DNA from: Candidatus Latescibacterota bacterium | GTDB taxonomy: Bacteria > Latescibacterota > UBA2968 > GCA-2709665 | Length of the DNA: 64,000 nt | NCBI GenBank assembly: GCA_963667175.2 | Contig: CAXXXF010000015.1 | Span: 672,001 to 736,000 of the forward strand | Direction of reading: 5' to 3' | Part shown: one piece after another, positions 30,945-41,904 of the stretch | How the letters are laid out: the number at the start of each line of letters is the position of its first letter | How positions within the stretch are numbered: position 1 is the first letter of the stretch | Notes under the pieces: generated by a model | Database searches by the model: none | Seen by the model: the letters and a program-made list of their open reading frames with translations, nothing else | Told to the model about the DNA's origin: nothing | Made by a program: the position numbers and the translations under genes

Positions 30945-32158
30945 GCGACTCGTGAAGGCATTGTGGTTTTCGTTTCGTCCTCTTCCGCGGCAGCCGGCGC
31001 ATCAAGGATATCGAGCACCGCGTCCGCACAATATACACGGTTTCGCTTTGCGTCGCCAAACGGCGTGACAATTCCTGCCGATCGCAACCGGTCGACGGCG
31101 CGCCGGGCCGTCGTATACGCCACCCCCAGCTTCGATGCGAGCATGGGGACGTTCCAGAACGGGAATTCGACGAACAGTTCCAGAACCTTCTCCAGATTCG
31201 CCGATCTGGCGCCGGCGAACTGATCCGACCAGAGGCGGAACAATTCGTCGATGCGTCGGATCCGAAGAATGGCGTCTTCGGCCTGCTCTGCAACACCGCG
31301 CAGAAAGTACACCAGCCACGCCTCCAACGCTCCGTCCCGGGTCACCCTTAGCAGGTGTTCATAGTACTCCTGACGCGTCGATTCAAAGTACGGGCTCAGG
31401 TAAAGCACCGGTGCGGGCAGGACCCGTCGCGCGACAAGTAGCATGGAAATGAGCATGCGCCCGACGCGCCCATTCCCGTCGAGGAACGGATGGATGGCCT
31501 CGAACTGCGAGTGCATCAGGGCGGCGTGGACGAGAGGAGGGAGTGATTCGTCGTGAAGAAAGCGCTCCCACGCGCCCAGGCATCCCATCAGTTCATCCGG
31601 AGGCGGCGGCACGTACGTGGCATTGGTCAGCACCGCCCCGGGCGGGCCAATCCAGTTCTGGCCGCGGCGAAACTCACCAGGAGTTGCCCTTTCGCCACGC
31701 ACACCGTGCATAAGGCGCTCGTGCAATTCCCGAACCAGCCGTAACGAAAGCGGAAGCGTTTCCAGACGAGCGATACCGTAGTCCAACGCCACGATATAGT
31801 TCGCCACCTCTTCCAACTCTTCCGCGCTTCGTTCTACCCTCGCTCCGGCATCTACAGCGAACAATTCGCCCAGAGAAACCTGCGTCCCCTCGATGCGGCT
31901 GGAGAGCACGGCTTCCTTGAACAGGAACGACCGGGTCAAGAGATATGGAACCGGCATCCGCCTGCCTTCGCCCTGCCTCGCCGGCCGACAGGCCGCAAGA
32001 CGGCCCATGGCATGGTCGGCGCGCGAAAGCGCGAGTACCAAATCGGTGTCCCAGGAAATCTCAGGAGGAAGCGGGTCTGGGACAAATGCGCTGTACCCAC
32101 CCGGACATCTGACCGTGCGACCAAGGGGTTGGCTTCGACCATTCTTTCCGGATGTCAT
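30941..32158 (-). CDS. Fic family protein (Fic_N + Fic + C-terminal HTH)
   Basis: EAVLSSRIEGTQ, PGEFRRGQNWIG, HPFLDGNGRVGR. Confidence 0.93.
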   Translation of the reverse strand: MTSGKNGRSQPLGRTVRCPGGYSAFVPDPLPPEISWDTDLVLALSRADHAMGRLAACRPARQGEGRRMPVPYLLTRSFLFKEAVLSSRIEGTQVSLGELFAVDAGARVERSAEELEEVANYIVALDYGIARLETLPLSLRLVRELHERLMHGVRGERATPGEFRRGQNWIGPPGAVLTNATYVPPPPDELMGCLGAWERFLHDESLPPLVHAALMHSQFEAIHPFLDGNGRVGRMLISMLLVARRVLPAPVLYLSPYFESTRQEYYEHLLRVTRDGALEAWLVYFLRGVAEQAEDAILRIRRIDELFRLWSDQFAGARSANLEKVLELFVEFPFWNVPMLASKLGVAYTTARRAVDRLRSAGIVTPFGDAKRNRVYCADAVLDILDAPAAAEEDETKTTMPSRVA

Positions 32159-32167
32159 GATCCTGCC

Positions 32168-32230
32168 TTATTATCGATTTAGAAAATAACAACGAGCCTT
32201 ATTATCGAAAACTTCATAATTCGATAATAA
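32168..32230. promoter_or_regulatory. Probable operator upstream of the fic gene
   Basis: ttattatcga-N12-tcgataataa (32199-32230) plus a third half-site at 32168-32177. Confidence 0.6.
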
Positions 32231-32495
32231 TATAATGCAGGTGAGTCACAAAGAGAAGAACTGGCTTCTCTGGTACCAGCCAGTTCCCCAGTAACGTTAA
32301 GCAAAGTTCTATCCGAACGTGCAGAATATCATCCGTTTGAACTCGTAGGTGTCGCAGTTATGTCCGATACTAACAATGCGTGCCTTTTGTTCTCGGTACC
32401 TCTCTTGTTTCGACCAATAATCGGAATTTGACCTATAAATTAACGCCAAGGTACTCCAAGTCATCGTCGTCGACCGTGCCTTCGGTCCGCCCGAG

Positions 32496-34418
32496 TTATT
32501 CTAGCGGGTCAATTATCGAGAGTTTTTCCATCTGCTCATCGGAAACCTTTAGTGTGATTTGGAGCCAAGGCGCACACTGCTTGCGGTTCGGCTTGTCAAC
32601 GAGAAAAAAACCAATTCCGAAGATATCTCTGTCGTTCGTAAACCCTCCTGATCTCAAACAGCGATTATAGAGTTTGTCGCCATCGTTCTTGATTGCCTCA
32701 CGAAGCGTCTGATTGTCATTGGCGTGCATATCTTCTGGCTTAATTTGTTTCAGATGGTCAATTAGCTCGTTGACAAAGGGTCGCCTTAACAGCACCCGAT
32801 GACCTACGTTCTGACCGGAACGCGAGGGGATGAGCGTAGCTACGGTCGGCGGATTCATCTCGATCTTCTTGATTCCATCTGTCATGCGTATCCACACAGT
32901 GGCATTCGCGTTTATTCCGAAAGCTGGTGCCGTTGGCAACCCAATACGGGAGAGATCTACAAGCGCACGGCGTTGCATATCTTGTGCATACAAAGAGCGA
33001 AATGTACCGAGGAGCTTGTAGTCTTCATGTAGCGATCCTTCTCCATTGACAGGGAATGTCTTTAGATCCTTTGGCTTCCACTGCACACTATAGGGCTTGT
33101 TTTTATAGACGAATAAATCATCTGCAGCTGCGTCTTTGTCATCGAAAGTACATAGTGTACCGCCCATAGTTAGGACGCTCGTCACTTTGATCTTGTTTTT
33201 TCGTGGGACCAAGTCGCAGTCGGGAGTTATTACGGCGCGGATATTGCATTCTTCAGGATGCACATAGAGATCACCAAGTCTGTATCGTTGGCTTTCATCT
33301 GAGAGATGACCGCTGACTCTAACCCTGTGGAATAAGTCTGCGATTATTCGGGACGGTCCTTCGAAAGCGCCCTCGATATTTTCCTCCATGCGTCTTGTGT
33401 CGTCCAAGTTGGAGAACACAGTGTTCCAATTTGTCTTCTCTTCAACCCAACCTTTTAAGCATTCACCAAACAACCATCCCAAATACTCATTGAGCGTAAT
33501 CCCTTCCTCCCGAAGCCTGAAACGCAACAGATACGCGAAGTCCTTTGTATGGAGATCGCCTAGTTCCGAAATGAATGCGTCCAGAGCGCACTCAGCACCT
33601 TCTCTCCACTGTGTAAGTGTTCTCTGAAGCTCCTTACCGAAGAGATAGCCTTGTGTCACGTCCATTAGCGCATTGGCTGCGACGTTTTCGACTCTGATTC
33701 TCTTACCCTTCTGTTGAACCATATTCTTTTGTAGGAATTCAAACCGGACTGCCAAAATCTGTCCCGTGGCATTGTGGCGATATTCACTGACATCATTCGC
33801 AACATCACGGGAGGACATGAGGATTATTGCAGGAATTCCAACGTCCTCCGTATTGTTGACCACGTCATTGAGTAGGTTCAGCGATTCCCGCCGTGCGGCA
33901 CGTGACTTCTCCGGTTCTACTATGCCCACTGGGAGAATATCGCTGTCCAAGAAATAATCTAAGAAGAGAACATCCGGGCGCAATTCCAGATACTTGCTTA
34001 GTCCATCATCTATTCCAGAGGTCCAAACTTGGACGTCATCTCCACATTTGCTTAGCATTTGATAAAGTGGATTAAGGGCGTCGAGCGCGGAGCCCTTGAG
34101 TGATTCAAACTTCAAGTCACGATCTATTCTATCATTTCTTGTCTTGGTGAAATCTCGGTATAGCACGCGATAGACGGTTTCTAATTCTTCGTTTTCAGCG
34201 TCGCCGCCTTTAGCGGCTTCCTCTGCCGCAACAAGCGTCTCTTGTGTTATGCCTAGCTGCAAGCATAATTCACGATTAGTTCCGTCAAGAAAAAAGTCGT
34301 CGAGATCGACTGCTGCATCCTCGTTGAACGCTGGAGGATCGTACGCATCGTCAATTAGAAGGATCTTCGTGATCTCGTTAGACTTAAACGCCTCAATAAT
34401 TCGCTTTTCGTGTACCAT
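32496..34418 (-). CDS. Receiver-domain protein with large uncharacterised C-terminal region
   Basis: KILLIDD...PDVLFLDYFL...IILMSS receiver motifs with a long insert; C-terminal VITPDCDL motif. Confidence 0.75.
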   Translation of the reverse strand: MVHEKRIIEAFKSNEITKILLIDDAYDPPAFNEDAAVDLDDFFLDGTNRELCLQLGITQETLVAAEEAAKGGDAENEELETVYRVLYRDFTKTRNDRIDRDLKFESLKGSALDALNPLYQMLSKCGDDVQVWTSGIDDGLSKYLELRPDVLFLDYFLDSDILPVGIVEPEKSRAARRESLNLLNDVVNNTEDVGIPAIILMSSRDVANDVSEYRHNATGQILAVRFEFLQKNMVQQKGKRIRVENVAANALMDVTQGYLFGKELQRTLTQWREGAECALDAFISELGDLHTKDFAYLLRFRLREEGITLNEYLGWLFGECLKGWVEEKTNWNTVFSNLDDTRRMEENIEGAFEGPSRIIADLFHRVRVSGHLSDESQRYRLGDLYVHPEECNIRAVITPDCDLVPRKNKIKVTSVLTMGGTLCTFDDKDAAADDLFVYKNKPYSVQWKPKDLKTFPVNGEGSLHEDYKLLGTFRSLYAQDMQRRALVDLSRIGLPTAPAFGINANATVWIRMTDGIKKIEMNPPTVATLIPSRSGQNVGHRVLLRRPFVNELIDHLKQIKPEDMHANDNQTLREAIKNDGDKLYNRCLRSGGFTNDRDIFGIGFFLVDKPNRKQCAPWLQITLKVSDEQMEKLSIIDPLE

Positions 34419-34420
34419 TC

Positions 34421-36775
34421 TTACCTCATTTCAAGCACAAACATGTTAGTGCGTCCCTCGCGGATGCGACCGAACTCAGTATCCATTTGTAGTCTCCAGC
34501 GATGGTATTCAGCCAAATCGCGGGCGATATAGAGCCCCAGTCCTCGGCCTTGGCCGATTGGCTTTGTGGTTATAAATGGTTGGAAAATCCGCTCTAAATT
34601 TTCGCTTGTGACACCGGGTCCGTTGTCCTCAATGGATAGGATTTTGTCTTCAAGATCCACAACTACATTAAGGCTTGGTTTGAGATCCCATTCAAACAGC
34701 TTTTGCTGTTTGAGCCAATAGGCCGCATTAGCGATCAAGTTCTCAAGGATTTGGATTACCATGCCACGCACAGCCTTAATCTTGAAAGGATCTTGAGGAT
34801 GCTCAAAACAGACGGCTATTCCATGACGTTCAAATTCGCGTTCATGGTTTTCAAGGATCTGCCTGACCAGTTCGACGAGATCGAAGTCGGATTTCGTCTG
34901 TCGTTTCTCGCTTGTCAATTCGTCAAACGCAGCAATTCGTTTGTGCAACGTCTTTAGCTGATCTTGAAGCGATTCAATCGTCGTCTGTTGCATTGTCGAG
35001 TCGCGGGAAATTAAATCGATAGTGTGGGTGACGGCCCGCTCAAGCTCGTGAAAAATGAACTCGGTCATTAGTCCGATTCCAGCCAAGTAAACGAATTTCT
35101 CTCTTTCCTCGTCGGCTTCCGAGATTACGCCCTTTACTCGTTCGATGAGGTTCTGAGACTGAATGCTGAGTCTGTTCACGCTTCCGGATAAATTGTCCAT
35201 CTCGGGGGCTGCGGCGGTACCCACGTGCTCGCGCAATCGCTTCAAATCTGCTTCCACGCGCCTTCGTGCATCCGCGACAGTTTTCGTATCCTGCTCAGCT
35301 TCGCGACGCCTAATAAACTCAATGTTGTCAGCTTCGTTTATAAGTCCACGCATTGCGGTATGGACCACCCACATCAAGATTCTTTGCAAGGCACCAAAAG
35401 TATCCGACGTTATCAGTCCTTCGCGGTTAGTCTGTTCCCGAAGAGCCTCATGAGGTGTATCTAGAAGGACTCGTCCGATCATCTGCTGCCGGTTGAGTTT
35501 GAATCCACTCATGCCAAAGGCAGTCTCGTCAAGGGCCAACCAATCATCTTTGGGATCGCCATAGGGTAAAATGCGGAAACCGTGCCGGTAGAGCATCGGC
35601 CCCCCACTCCAGTTCGATATTTCCCGACGGGTTTCGGGAACTTTGGTCGTAAGCCCTTCGACCGCTGTAACGACCCTGCGGTTGTACCAGTAGATGTCAC
35701 AGCTAAAACTCCCGAGTTGCTTAAACGCAAAGGGTCGAACCGGAATTAGCTTGAATGCCGCATGGCCACGTTTTGCGCGTCGCTTCACAGGTTCTTGCGC
35801 GAGCGAATACACCGCTGCGCCCCTTTCGTCAATCTTGCTTTTTCGATGTCGGTACCGATAGTCGATTTCCCCTTTGACGATAGGTGTGTGCCCTTCCATT
35901 CGGAATGTCATGTGGCATACAGCGTGCGCTGCTTGAAGGAGCGGATCGGGAATGGAAGGTACGTGCACCCTCCTACTGTTGTAACGCGCGACAATTAGAC
36001 GATTGGCACTTCCGCGGTCGAACGGATCGATCATCCGTGCAATCCTGCCTTGTAGGATATCAGTAAAGCGGGGCAAATCCCAGTCGGCCTGTAGGGCCGA
36101 GACACGAATTGTTGTCCCCTGCTCACCAGGCTCCGCTTTCTCGTCACCGATTTCAGGTTCTATATTGATCATGTCTGCGTCAACGTCGTCATCACGTGAG
36201 AACAGCGTCCAGTCGATGTCGAGAAGATTCCAATATCGGTCTTCTCTTCTGGCAGTCTTGACTCTCAGTCGGTCTCCCAATCGCATGGCGGATAGGCGAC
36301 CAATACCCTTATCACCTAAATTCTTGGCTCCCTGTAGATTCTCCTTTCGTCGTGAGCTTGTTCCAATTCGCAAGAAGACGCTGGTCAGGTCATTTAGACT
36401 CATTCCATGTCCTGCATCTTTAAACTCGATGTAGTTTAGCTCGTCGTATAGAGATGCAAGAGTCCTGAGGAAGTCTTCCTTCTCCGAACTCTTCTCGAGT
36501 TCATCAAGCATCGTCGCTGATTTGGATTTTTCGACATCAATGAGTTTACCGCGAATGAAGTCCTTGACTTCGGATGGGCTCTTTCCGTCCTCGTTGATTT
36601 GAGTGATTGCATCCAAATAGTCGGAATTGCGCAACTGGACACTTACGTTGATTTCGACACGAGGTGACCGAGCATCTACAGCGTTCTTGATTAGCTCGTA
36701 GATTGCTACGTCATCGGAACTTATCAGTTCTTTCCCAAGTTCCAAAATCGTGCGGGCAGAAAACGTAAAGCTCAT
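34421..36775 (-). CDS. MORC-like GHKL ATPase fused to a histidine kinase
   Basis: N-terminal ELIKNAVDA, KDAGHGM, GDKGIGR; C-terminal H box FHELER, ENLIANA, EDNGPG, IFQPFITTK, GRGLGL; no TM segments seen. Confidence 0.88.
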   Translation of the reverse strand: MSFTFSARTILELGKELISSDDVAIYELIKNAVDARSPRVEINVSVQLRNSDYLDAITQINEDGKSPSEVKDFIRGKLIDVEKSKSATMLDELEKSSEKEDFLRTLASLYDELNYIEFKDAGHGMSLNDLTSVFLRIGTSSRRKENLQGAKNLGDKGIGRLSAMRLGDRLRVKTARREDRYWNLLDIDWTLFSRDDDVDADMINIEPEIGDEKAEPGEQGTTIRVSALQADWDLPRFTDILQGRIARMIDPFDRGSANRLIVARYNSRRVHVPSIPDPLLQAAHAVCHMTFRMEGHTPIVKGEIDYRYRHRKSKIDERGAAVYSLAQEPVKRRAKRGHAAFKLIPVRPFAFKQLGSFSCDIYWYNRRVVTAVEGLTTKVPETRREISNWSGGPMLYRHGFRILPYGDPKDDWLALDETAFGMSGFKLNRQQMIGRVLLDTPHEALREQTNREGLITSDTFGALQRILMWVVHTAMRGLINEADNIEFIRRREAEQDTKTVADARRRVEADLKRLREHVGTAAAPEMDNLSGSVNRLSIQSQNLIERVKGVISEADEEREKFVYLAGIGLMTEFIFHELERAVTHTIDLISRDSTMQQTTIESLQDQLKTLHKRIAAFDELTSEKRQTKSDFDLVELVRQILENHEREFERHGIAVCFEHPQDPFKIKAVRGMVIQILENLIANAAYWLKQQKLFEWDLKPSLNVVVDLEDKILSIEDNGPGVTSENLERIFQPFITTKPIGQGRGLGLYIARDLAEYHRWRLQMDTEFGRIREGRTNMFVLEMR

Positions 36776-36785
36776 GGTAGAACCC

Positions 36786-37586
36786 TCACAACATGCATAT
36801 CAGGCACGTGTCCCCATCCGCATCGGTCTGTACTTGCCGGCGGCGATAGACTTCCGCGAGGGTAAGGTCCTCACCTCTTGCTTCCTTCGCAGCCTGACGC
36901 TTGGCGTGTTCGTCCTTAATTGCCTTTACTCGTTCGGGTTGTTCCAGCTGAATAAGCGACTCGCGTTCGCTCCAGGTGAAAGTATTCCCGCTGCCTTCAA
37001 ACGGCTTTTCATAGGATTTCGCCAACTCGTAGAGTTCAGGGTGCCGTTCCTTCAGGCGTACCCATTCGATTTTTTGTTGATAGAAACAGAAGTAACAGCC
37101 CGAACGGGTACGACCCCAGGCCGTATATGGCGGCATTCCGACACCTGAAGACCTGAGAATCTCCTCAATGTCCGCGAGCTTCAGTCCGTCCTCCTGGAAT
37201 GGATATGCGGGCTTGATATTCGGCTTGTGGCTGATGTATCCCGTCCGGTTCTCATCTGCCCTCAGGCCTACGTAATTGATGACCGGATCGTCGCCGACGA
37301 ACTCTTCGAACGGCTTGAGTTTAAGCATCTTGGTACACCATCGACGATGGTTGGAGGGGATCATACCGCCGTAGACTTCGTACCAATGGTCAAAACCCAG
37401 TTCGGCATTCAACCGGTTGACGCGCGTGCCAAGATAGTCTTCGATGCGTTCAAGATACTCGTATGTCTCAGGCAACTCTTTGCCGGTATCCGAAAATACG
37501 TACTCCATATCCGCGACTTTGTCGCGCATATAGATCGCAAGCGCCGCTGAATCCTTGCCCCCTGACAGGCTGAGCACATGCCTCAT
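36786..37586 (-). CDS. sspD: PAPS reductase-family protein, SspD-like (copy 2)
   Basis: LSGGKDS, DTGKELPE, RWCT, RSGCYFCF.QQKIEW, C-terminal CLIC. Confidence 0.88.
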   Translation of the reverse strand: MRHVLSLSGGKDSAALAIYMRDKVADMEYVFSDTGKELPETYEYLERIEDYLGTRVNRLNAELGFDHWYEVYGGMIPSNHRRWCTKMLKLKPFEEFVGDDPVINYVGLRADENRTGYISHKPNIKPAYPFQEDGLKLADIEEILRSSGVGMPPYTAWGRTRSGCYFCFYQQKIEWVRLKERHPELYELAKSYEKPFEGSGNTFTWSERESLIQLEQPERVKAIKDEHAKRQAAKEARGEDLTLAEVYRRRQVQTDADGDTCLICML

Positions 37587-37606
37587 GTTTGATCCACCTC
37601 TTGAAG

Positions 37607-40600
37607 TTAAACCTCTGCGGCATTCTTATGAGTGTGTTCTGCATGCGCGTATTCAGCAAGCAACTGTCCAAGTAATTCTACGACGTGAGGGTCGTTACCA
37701 AGCGCTTCACGTAGAGTGCTCAACCGCGGTTCCAGGTACGGATTCGGCCGCTCCCTCTGTACCACCACCACTCGCTCGCGTCCGTCGAGACCGATTGCAT
37801 GCACGCTCGTCAAATCGGCGCGGCGGTTCCGTTTCGTCTTCGCCAGAGCGAGCCATTTGGAAAGACTCTCCGCCACAACGCGAATCTCGAATTCAAACTT
37901 GTCGAGCTCGTCATCTGTCCAATTATCCGGCCGTCGCCCAGTCAGATGCCCTGCGACTCCATCCAGCCACATGTCCTTCGAAAGCTCTTCATTCGTCGCG
38001 CGGTCAAGAAATACACCCAGGCGATAGTCAATGAGGTCGTCACGGTCCGGTGCATATTCGTTTTGTATGTGATTTCGCAACGCACATAAGTCCGGTTCGC
38101 CGAATGCTTGTAGCGCCGCCGTCTCGGCTTTCGACCTGATCAACGGTGTGGCATTTTGAAGTTCAAAGAGCGCGGAGTTGAGTGTTTCGATAAAGTGCTC
38201 AACGTCGACTCTTCCGCTCGCCGTTATTGCGCCACAGGCCGAGGGTAGGTCAACAAAGAACAAACTCCCCGGTTCCGAAGCCTTGCGTAGTTCCGCACGA
38301 ACGGCGGCAGCGGTCTTGGAAACTGAACCGGTCTTGATCGCGTGTGCAGGTAACCCGTTGTACCACGAATAGAGATTTTCCGCTACATTGGCAATCGTTG
38401 GCTGGCACCGACCGATTACTTGCAACCCCGTCGCAAGCGCATCCACAACGCCGCGGCCTTGCACGTTTGCTTGAAGGGATTTTAGCCGGAAGTTGCGTGG
38501 CGACTTGGCCAGCCGCATGAAATGAGCGGCCGTCAGATCAGGCTGGAAACTGTTGCGTTCCATAACGGCGATGTTGTCCCTTGACGCCAGGATAAATGCC
38601 GTGATAACCAGCAAAGCTGGGCCCTCGTGCAGCCCATACGGCGGTATCGCCAATTCGTCTATCAGTTCAGCGAAACTTACGGCTTCACCGGTGTTCAGTC
38701 GGTTTGCAATACACTCCCAAACAGGCATCCAGTGGCATGGATCGTCTGAATCTGGCGCGATAAAGTTGAAATTTCCTCTCGTGTCTTGTCGATGGATTCC
38801 CGTTGCATGGAACATCGACAGGAAGATCGTCCGTTCGGGCGGTGTGCCCTCCATCCCGAGTTGAGGCTGATTCACGCAGGTTAACATTCGATCCAGAAGA
38901 CGGGTCCTGGCGCTTGCGACTGCGGTTGAAAGCCTGGAGCGGTTAATCAACTCGTTCTTGAGAATCGGCGCCTGGTGAAAGGCCTTGTCACATATGTTGC
39001 TGAGGAGGCCACTCAATTCCCCGGGAGGTATGGGAATTGGCTCCCCTCCGAACCACCAAGTTTCTTCGCGAGAGCTACTCGCTGACGACAATAACGCGGT
39101 GGCGTGAGTCAGTGCCTGCTCCGCAGCCGCAATCCGTTCGCTGACTTCAACACGCGCGAGTTCATCGACTTTCAGTTCCTGGCAGTTGTCCTGGATCCAC
39201 CGCCAGACGGCCAACTCATGTGCCCATTTGAGATCCGCGGAAATAACTTTCCTGGCGCAGACGAGCGCCAATGGATCATCTATTACAGTCGAAGAAGCGT
39301 CTCGGAGCACCTTTTCCTTATGATCCCCCGGGTAAACCGGCGCCACAAGTATCAAGCCGTCAGTCTTGCGGCTCCCCGGTTTCTCGCCAGTCCAAAGCTG
39401 AACTTCGAACGTTCTTAGCGTACCTGTCGCGTGATAATGCCGATGTGCGACGGCCGGGCGATTTGAGGTCACAACGGTTGACAAATGGTCGAGCCGTTCC
39501 GGAGCGCGGATCTTCGATTTGGCTTCATCCAGCCAGTGTGAGAGATCTACACTTGAGTTTGACCATAGGCTATAGTCGCCCCGGTGTGGGCGGCGGTAAA
39601 TGAGATTTCGCTTTGCAAGTTCATCCAGTACGGACTGAGCCTTGGCTTCGCCAACGTCCAAGGACCAGGCAATGTTCCGACAGTTGGCGATAAATCCCGG
39701 AACCGGCTCCAGAACCGCCACCAGCGCGACGGTTTTCAAGACAACCAGATAGTCTTGCGAAAGGTCCGAGGCGCCAGCAAGGGCGTCAAAAGCAAGCGAC
39801 CATCGGCGGGCGCGTTCGCCCAGGTTGGCCTCGTTGAAGGTTCCAGCCAGATGATCGAATACCGACGGTACCATGTACCAATGGTCTGGACCATAGGTCG
39901 TGGAGTCGGAGAATCTCTTGAGCCCCGCGGGCTCAAGGGATTGCAGAAAGCCGAATAGAGACCGTTCGTTTTGCCCGAAGCGCCGTATGGCCAAAGAGAG
40001 TGTGATAATGGCGGCCGGGTGGAGTGGATAGAGGCAAGGAGCGATCTCAACCACGTCCTCAAGCGGCGCCACAAAGAGACGTCGGTTTACGGCCTCCTTG
40101 TAAATATCCTTAGCCCGTCGCACTACGTCGTTCGAGTGGCCCTGGCTCGGCACGATCGCACGCGCCAACATGAAGAGTGACTGTTCGATGGATCCTCCGA
40201 ATGCCAACTCTTCATAGCGTTCGGAAGATCGCGACCATTCCGCTTCTATCCATCCGCCCAGTCCGGCGACAAAGTCGGCGAACCTGCGATGCAAAAAACC
40301 AACGATCGCAAGGTTCGCCCCTGCGCGTCCACAGGATCGCTCGGCAACCGCCTGGAATATTGACGGATCCTCTACGTCGATATTGGAGGCAGCATACTCC
40401 AGAAGGAGTCCCATCTCGTCGACCAGGAGCAACAGTCCTTCGCCGGTCTCAGTGCGAACCTGATCGGCAATTTCACCGAGCAACGATGTAACTTCGTGCA
40501 CATCGAGAGAACCCTCTCGATCCAGGAGTGACTTTGCGCGCACCTTGAGTTTGGTAGAAGTGGTACTGGATCTTCGTCCACAGTCGCTGATGAGTACGCG

Positions 40601-40972
40601 CAAAAGCTCCCGCGAAAAACTGACACGGCGTCCGGAGATCATCACAGGTCGCCACCGGCCAACATCGTGAGAATCACCTGTGGCTTCGGACAGCAACGCC
40701 ATCGCGTTTCCGCGAATGCCCTCTCGAAATAGTTGCGCCAAAAATACGCCAAAGGCCGATTTTCCGGTGCCGTAGGGTCCAACAACCCGAAACGCGCGTT
40801 GCCTCGATTCAGGGGATAATCCGGCGAGGATTCGCACCGCAGCCTCGCGGACCGATGGGGTAATAACGTAGCCATCCAGCGCGTCGGGGTCGTCGACGTC
40901 TCGCAGTAAATCCACGGATCGGACGTACCGACGGCGGATTGCAATACGGGAAGCGATGTTTTTCCCGTTCAT
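37607..40972 (-). CDS. sspC: Large P-loop ATPase, SspC-like (copy 2)
   Basis: GPYGTGKS, LLVDEMG, YPLHP, FGQNERSLFGFL, RHYHATGTLR; co-linear with copy 1. Confidence 0.82.
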   Translation of the reverse strand: MNGKNIASRIAIRRRYVRSVDLLRDVDDPDALDGYVITPSVREAAVRILAGLSPESRQRAFRVVGPYGTGKSAFGVFLAQLFREGIRGNAMALLSEATGDSHDVGRWRPVMISGRRVSFSRELLRVLISDCGRRSSTTSTKLKVRAKSLLDREGSLDVHEVTSLLGEIADQVRTETGEGLLLLVDEMGLLLEYAASNIDVEDPSIFQAVAERSCGRAGANLAIVGFLHRRFADFVAGLGGWIEAEWSRSSERYEELAFGGSIEQSLFMLARAIVPSQGHSNDVVRRAKDIYKEAVNRRLFVAPLEDVVEIAPCLYPLHPAAIITLSLAIRRFGQNERSLFGFLQSLEPAGLKRFSDSTTYGPDHWYMVPSVFDHLAGTFNEANLGERARRWSLAFDALAGASDLSQDYLVVLKTVALVAVLEPVPGFIANCRNIAWSLDVGEAKAQSVLDELAKRNLIYRRPHRGDYSLWSNSSVDLSHWLDEAKSKIRAPERLDHLSTVVTSNRPAVAHRHYHATGTLRTFEVQLWTGEKPGSRKTDGLILVAPVYPGDHKEKVLRDASSTVIDDPLALVCARKVISADLKWAHELAVWRWIQDNCQELKVDELARVEVSERIAAAEQALTHATALLSSASSSREETWWFGGEPIPIPPGELSGLLSNICDKAFHQAPILKNELINRSRLSTAVASARTRLLDRMLTCVNQPQLGMEGTPPERTIFLSMFHATGIHRQDTRGNFNFIAPDSDDPCHWMPVWECIANRLNTGEAVSFAELIDELAIPPYGLHEGPALLVITAFILASRDNIAVMERNSFQPDLTAAHFMRLAKSPRNFRLKSLQANVQGRGVVDALATGLQVIGRCQPTIANVAENLYSWYNGLPAHAIKTGSVSKTAAAVRAELRKASEPGSLFFVDLPSACGAITASGRVDVEHFIETLNSALFELQNATPLIRSKAETAALQAFGEPDLCALRNHIQNEYAPDRDDLIDYRLGVFLDRATNEELSKDMWLDGVAGHLTGRRPDNWTDDELDKFEFEIRVVAESLSKWLALAKTKRNRRADLTSVHAIGLDGRERVVVVQRERPNPYLEPRLSTLREALGNDPHVVELLGQLLAEYAHAEHTHKNAAEV

Positions 40973-41904
40973 GACCAGGCGATCTCCGAGAGTGCGCGTA
41001 AGGGATCCGTGTCGCAGGTCAGGTCTGTACCGCCGGCGCCGTCGCTACGCAGCGCAAGCCGTCGCGACCGCGAGCAGAGTTGCTCGAGACTCTCGTGGAG
41101 GCCAGTTTCGTCCAACAAAAGGACCGGTCCGGGTGCGGCGTACGAGAGCATAAGTGATCGGATAGACAAAGTCAAACTCTCGGGAGCCGTGCACTTCCAG
41201 TAGTCATAGAGTACAAAGCTAAACGCCTTCGAGTCAAGGGAACGTTTCGGACCTCGTAATGGCCGCACGGTCGCAACGCCTGCGGGGTTAGCCAGGCGCA
41301 TGAGTTCAAGTTCCTGTAAAGGGCTATCGAGTGCGTCTTCGGGCGATTCTGCTTTATTTTGATCTTCTACATACGTGCGAAGAAACACATTCACGTGATT
41401 GACTGCGGTTCCGGAAGTAATTGTCTTACGTGTCTCGGATGCCCGTGATCTTACATCAGCGACGAATTGCACCCGCGTAATTTCACGATCCTGGTTCTCC
41501 AGGAAAAACACTGCCCACGCACCCAAACCACCGTGGACGGTCAGCATCCAGTGAAGACGCCAGAGTGCGTCTGGAGTCTCGAGGTACGGATCCATACCAT
41601 CTTTGGGGTCTAACAAATTTCGCGCGAAATCCGTCAAGTACACGTCTCGCTTAACAGTCCGCGTAAGCTTGAAGGCTTCCCCCCAGAAGCGAAGCGACTT
41701 GACCATGTTTCGCCCGAGTCCAAGCCGCAGAATCGCCTTCTCATCTGAAGAGAATAAGGCCGGATCTTCGATTAATGCTTCATATAACTTGGGTAGCCAG
41801 CCGTATCGACAAGCAAACGACTCGTGACCTGAGAAGACGCTCGGGGCTGTGTTCGTTCTCCATCCCATTTCCCTATTATCCCGACTTCGTTCTGCTGCGT
41901 TCAT
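40969..41904 (-). CDS. sspB: DUF4007 family protein, SspB-like (copy 2)
   Basis: FSGHESFACRYGWLPK, GLGRNMVKSLRFW, DPYLE, DSPLQEL. Confidence 0.85.
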   Translation of the reverse strand: MNAAERSRDNREMGWRTNTAPSVFSGHESFACRYGWLPKLYEALIEDPALFSSDEKAILRLGLGRNMVKSLRFWGEAFKLTRTVKRDVYLTDFARNLLDPKDGMDPYLETPDALWRLHWMLTVHGGLGAWAVFFLENQDREITRVQFVADVRSRASETRKTITSGTAVNHVNVFLRTYVEDQNKAESPEDALDSPLQELELMRLANPAGVATVRPLRGPKRSLDSKAFSFVLYDYWKCTAPESLTLSIRSLMLSYAAPGPVLLLDETGLHESLEQLCSRSRRLALRSDGAGGTDLTCDTDPLRALSEIAWS

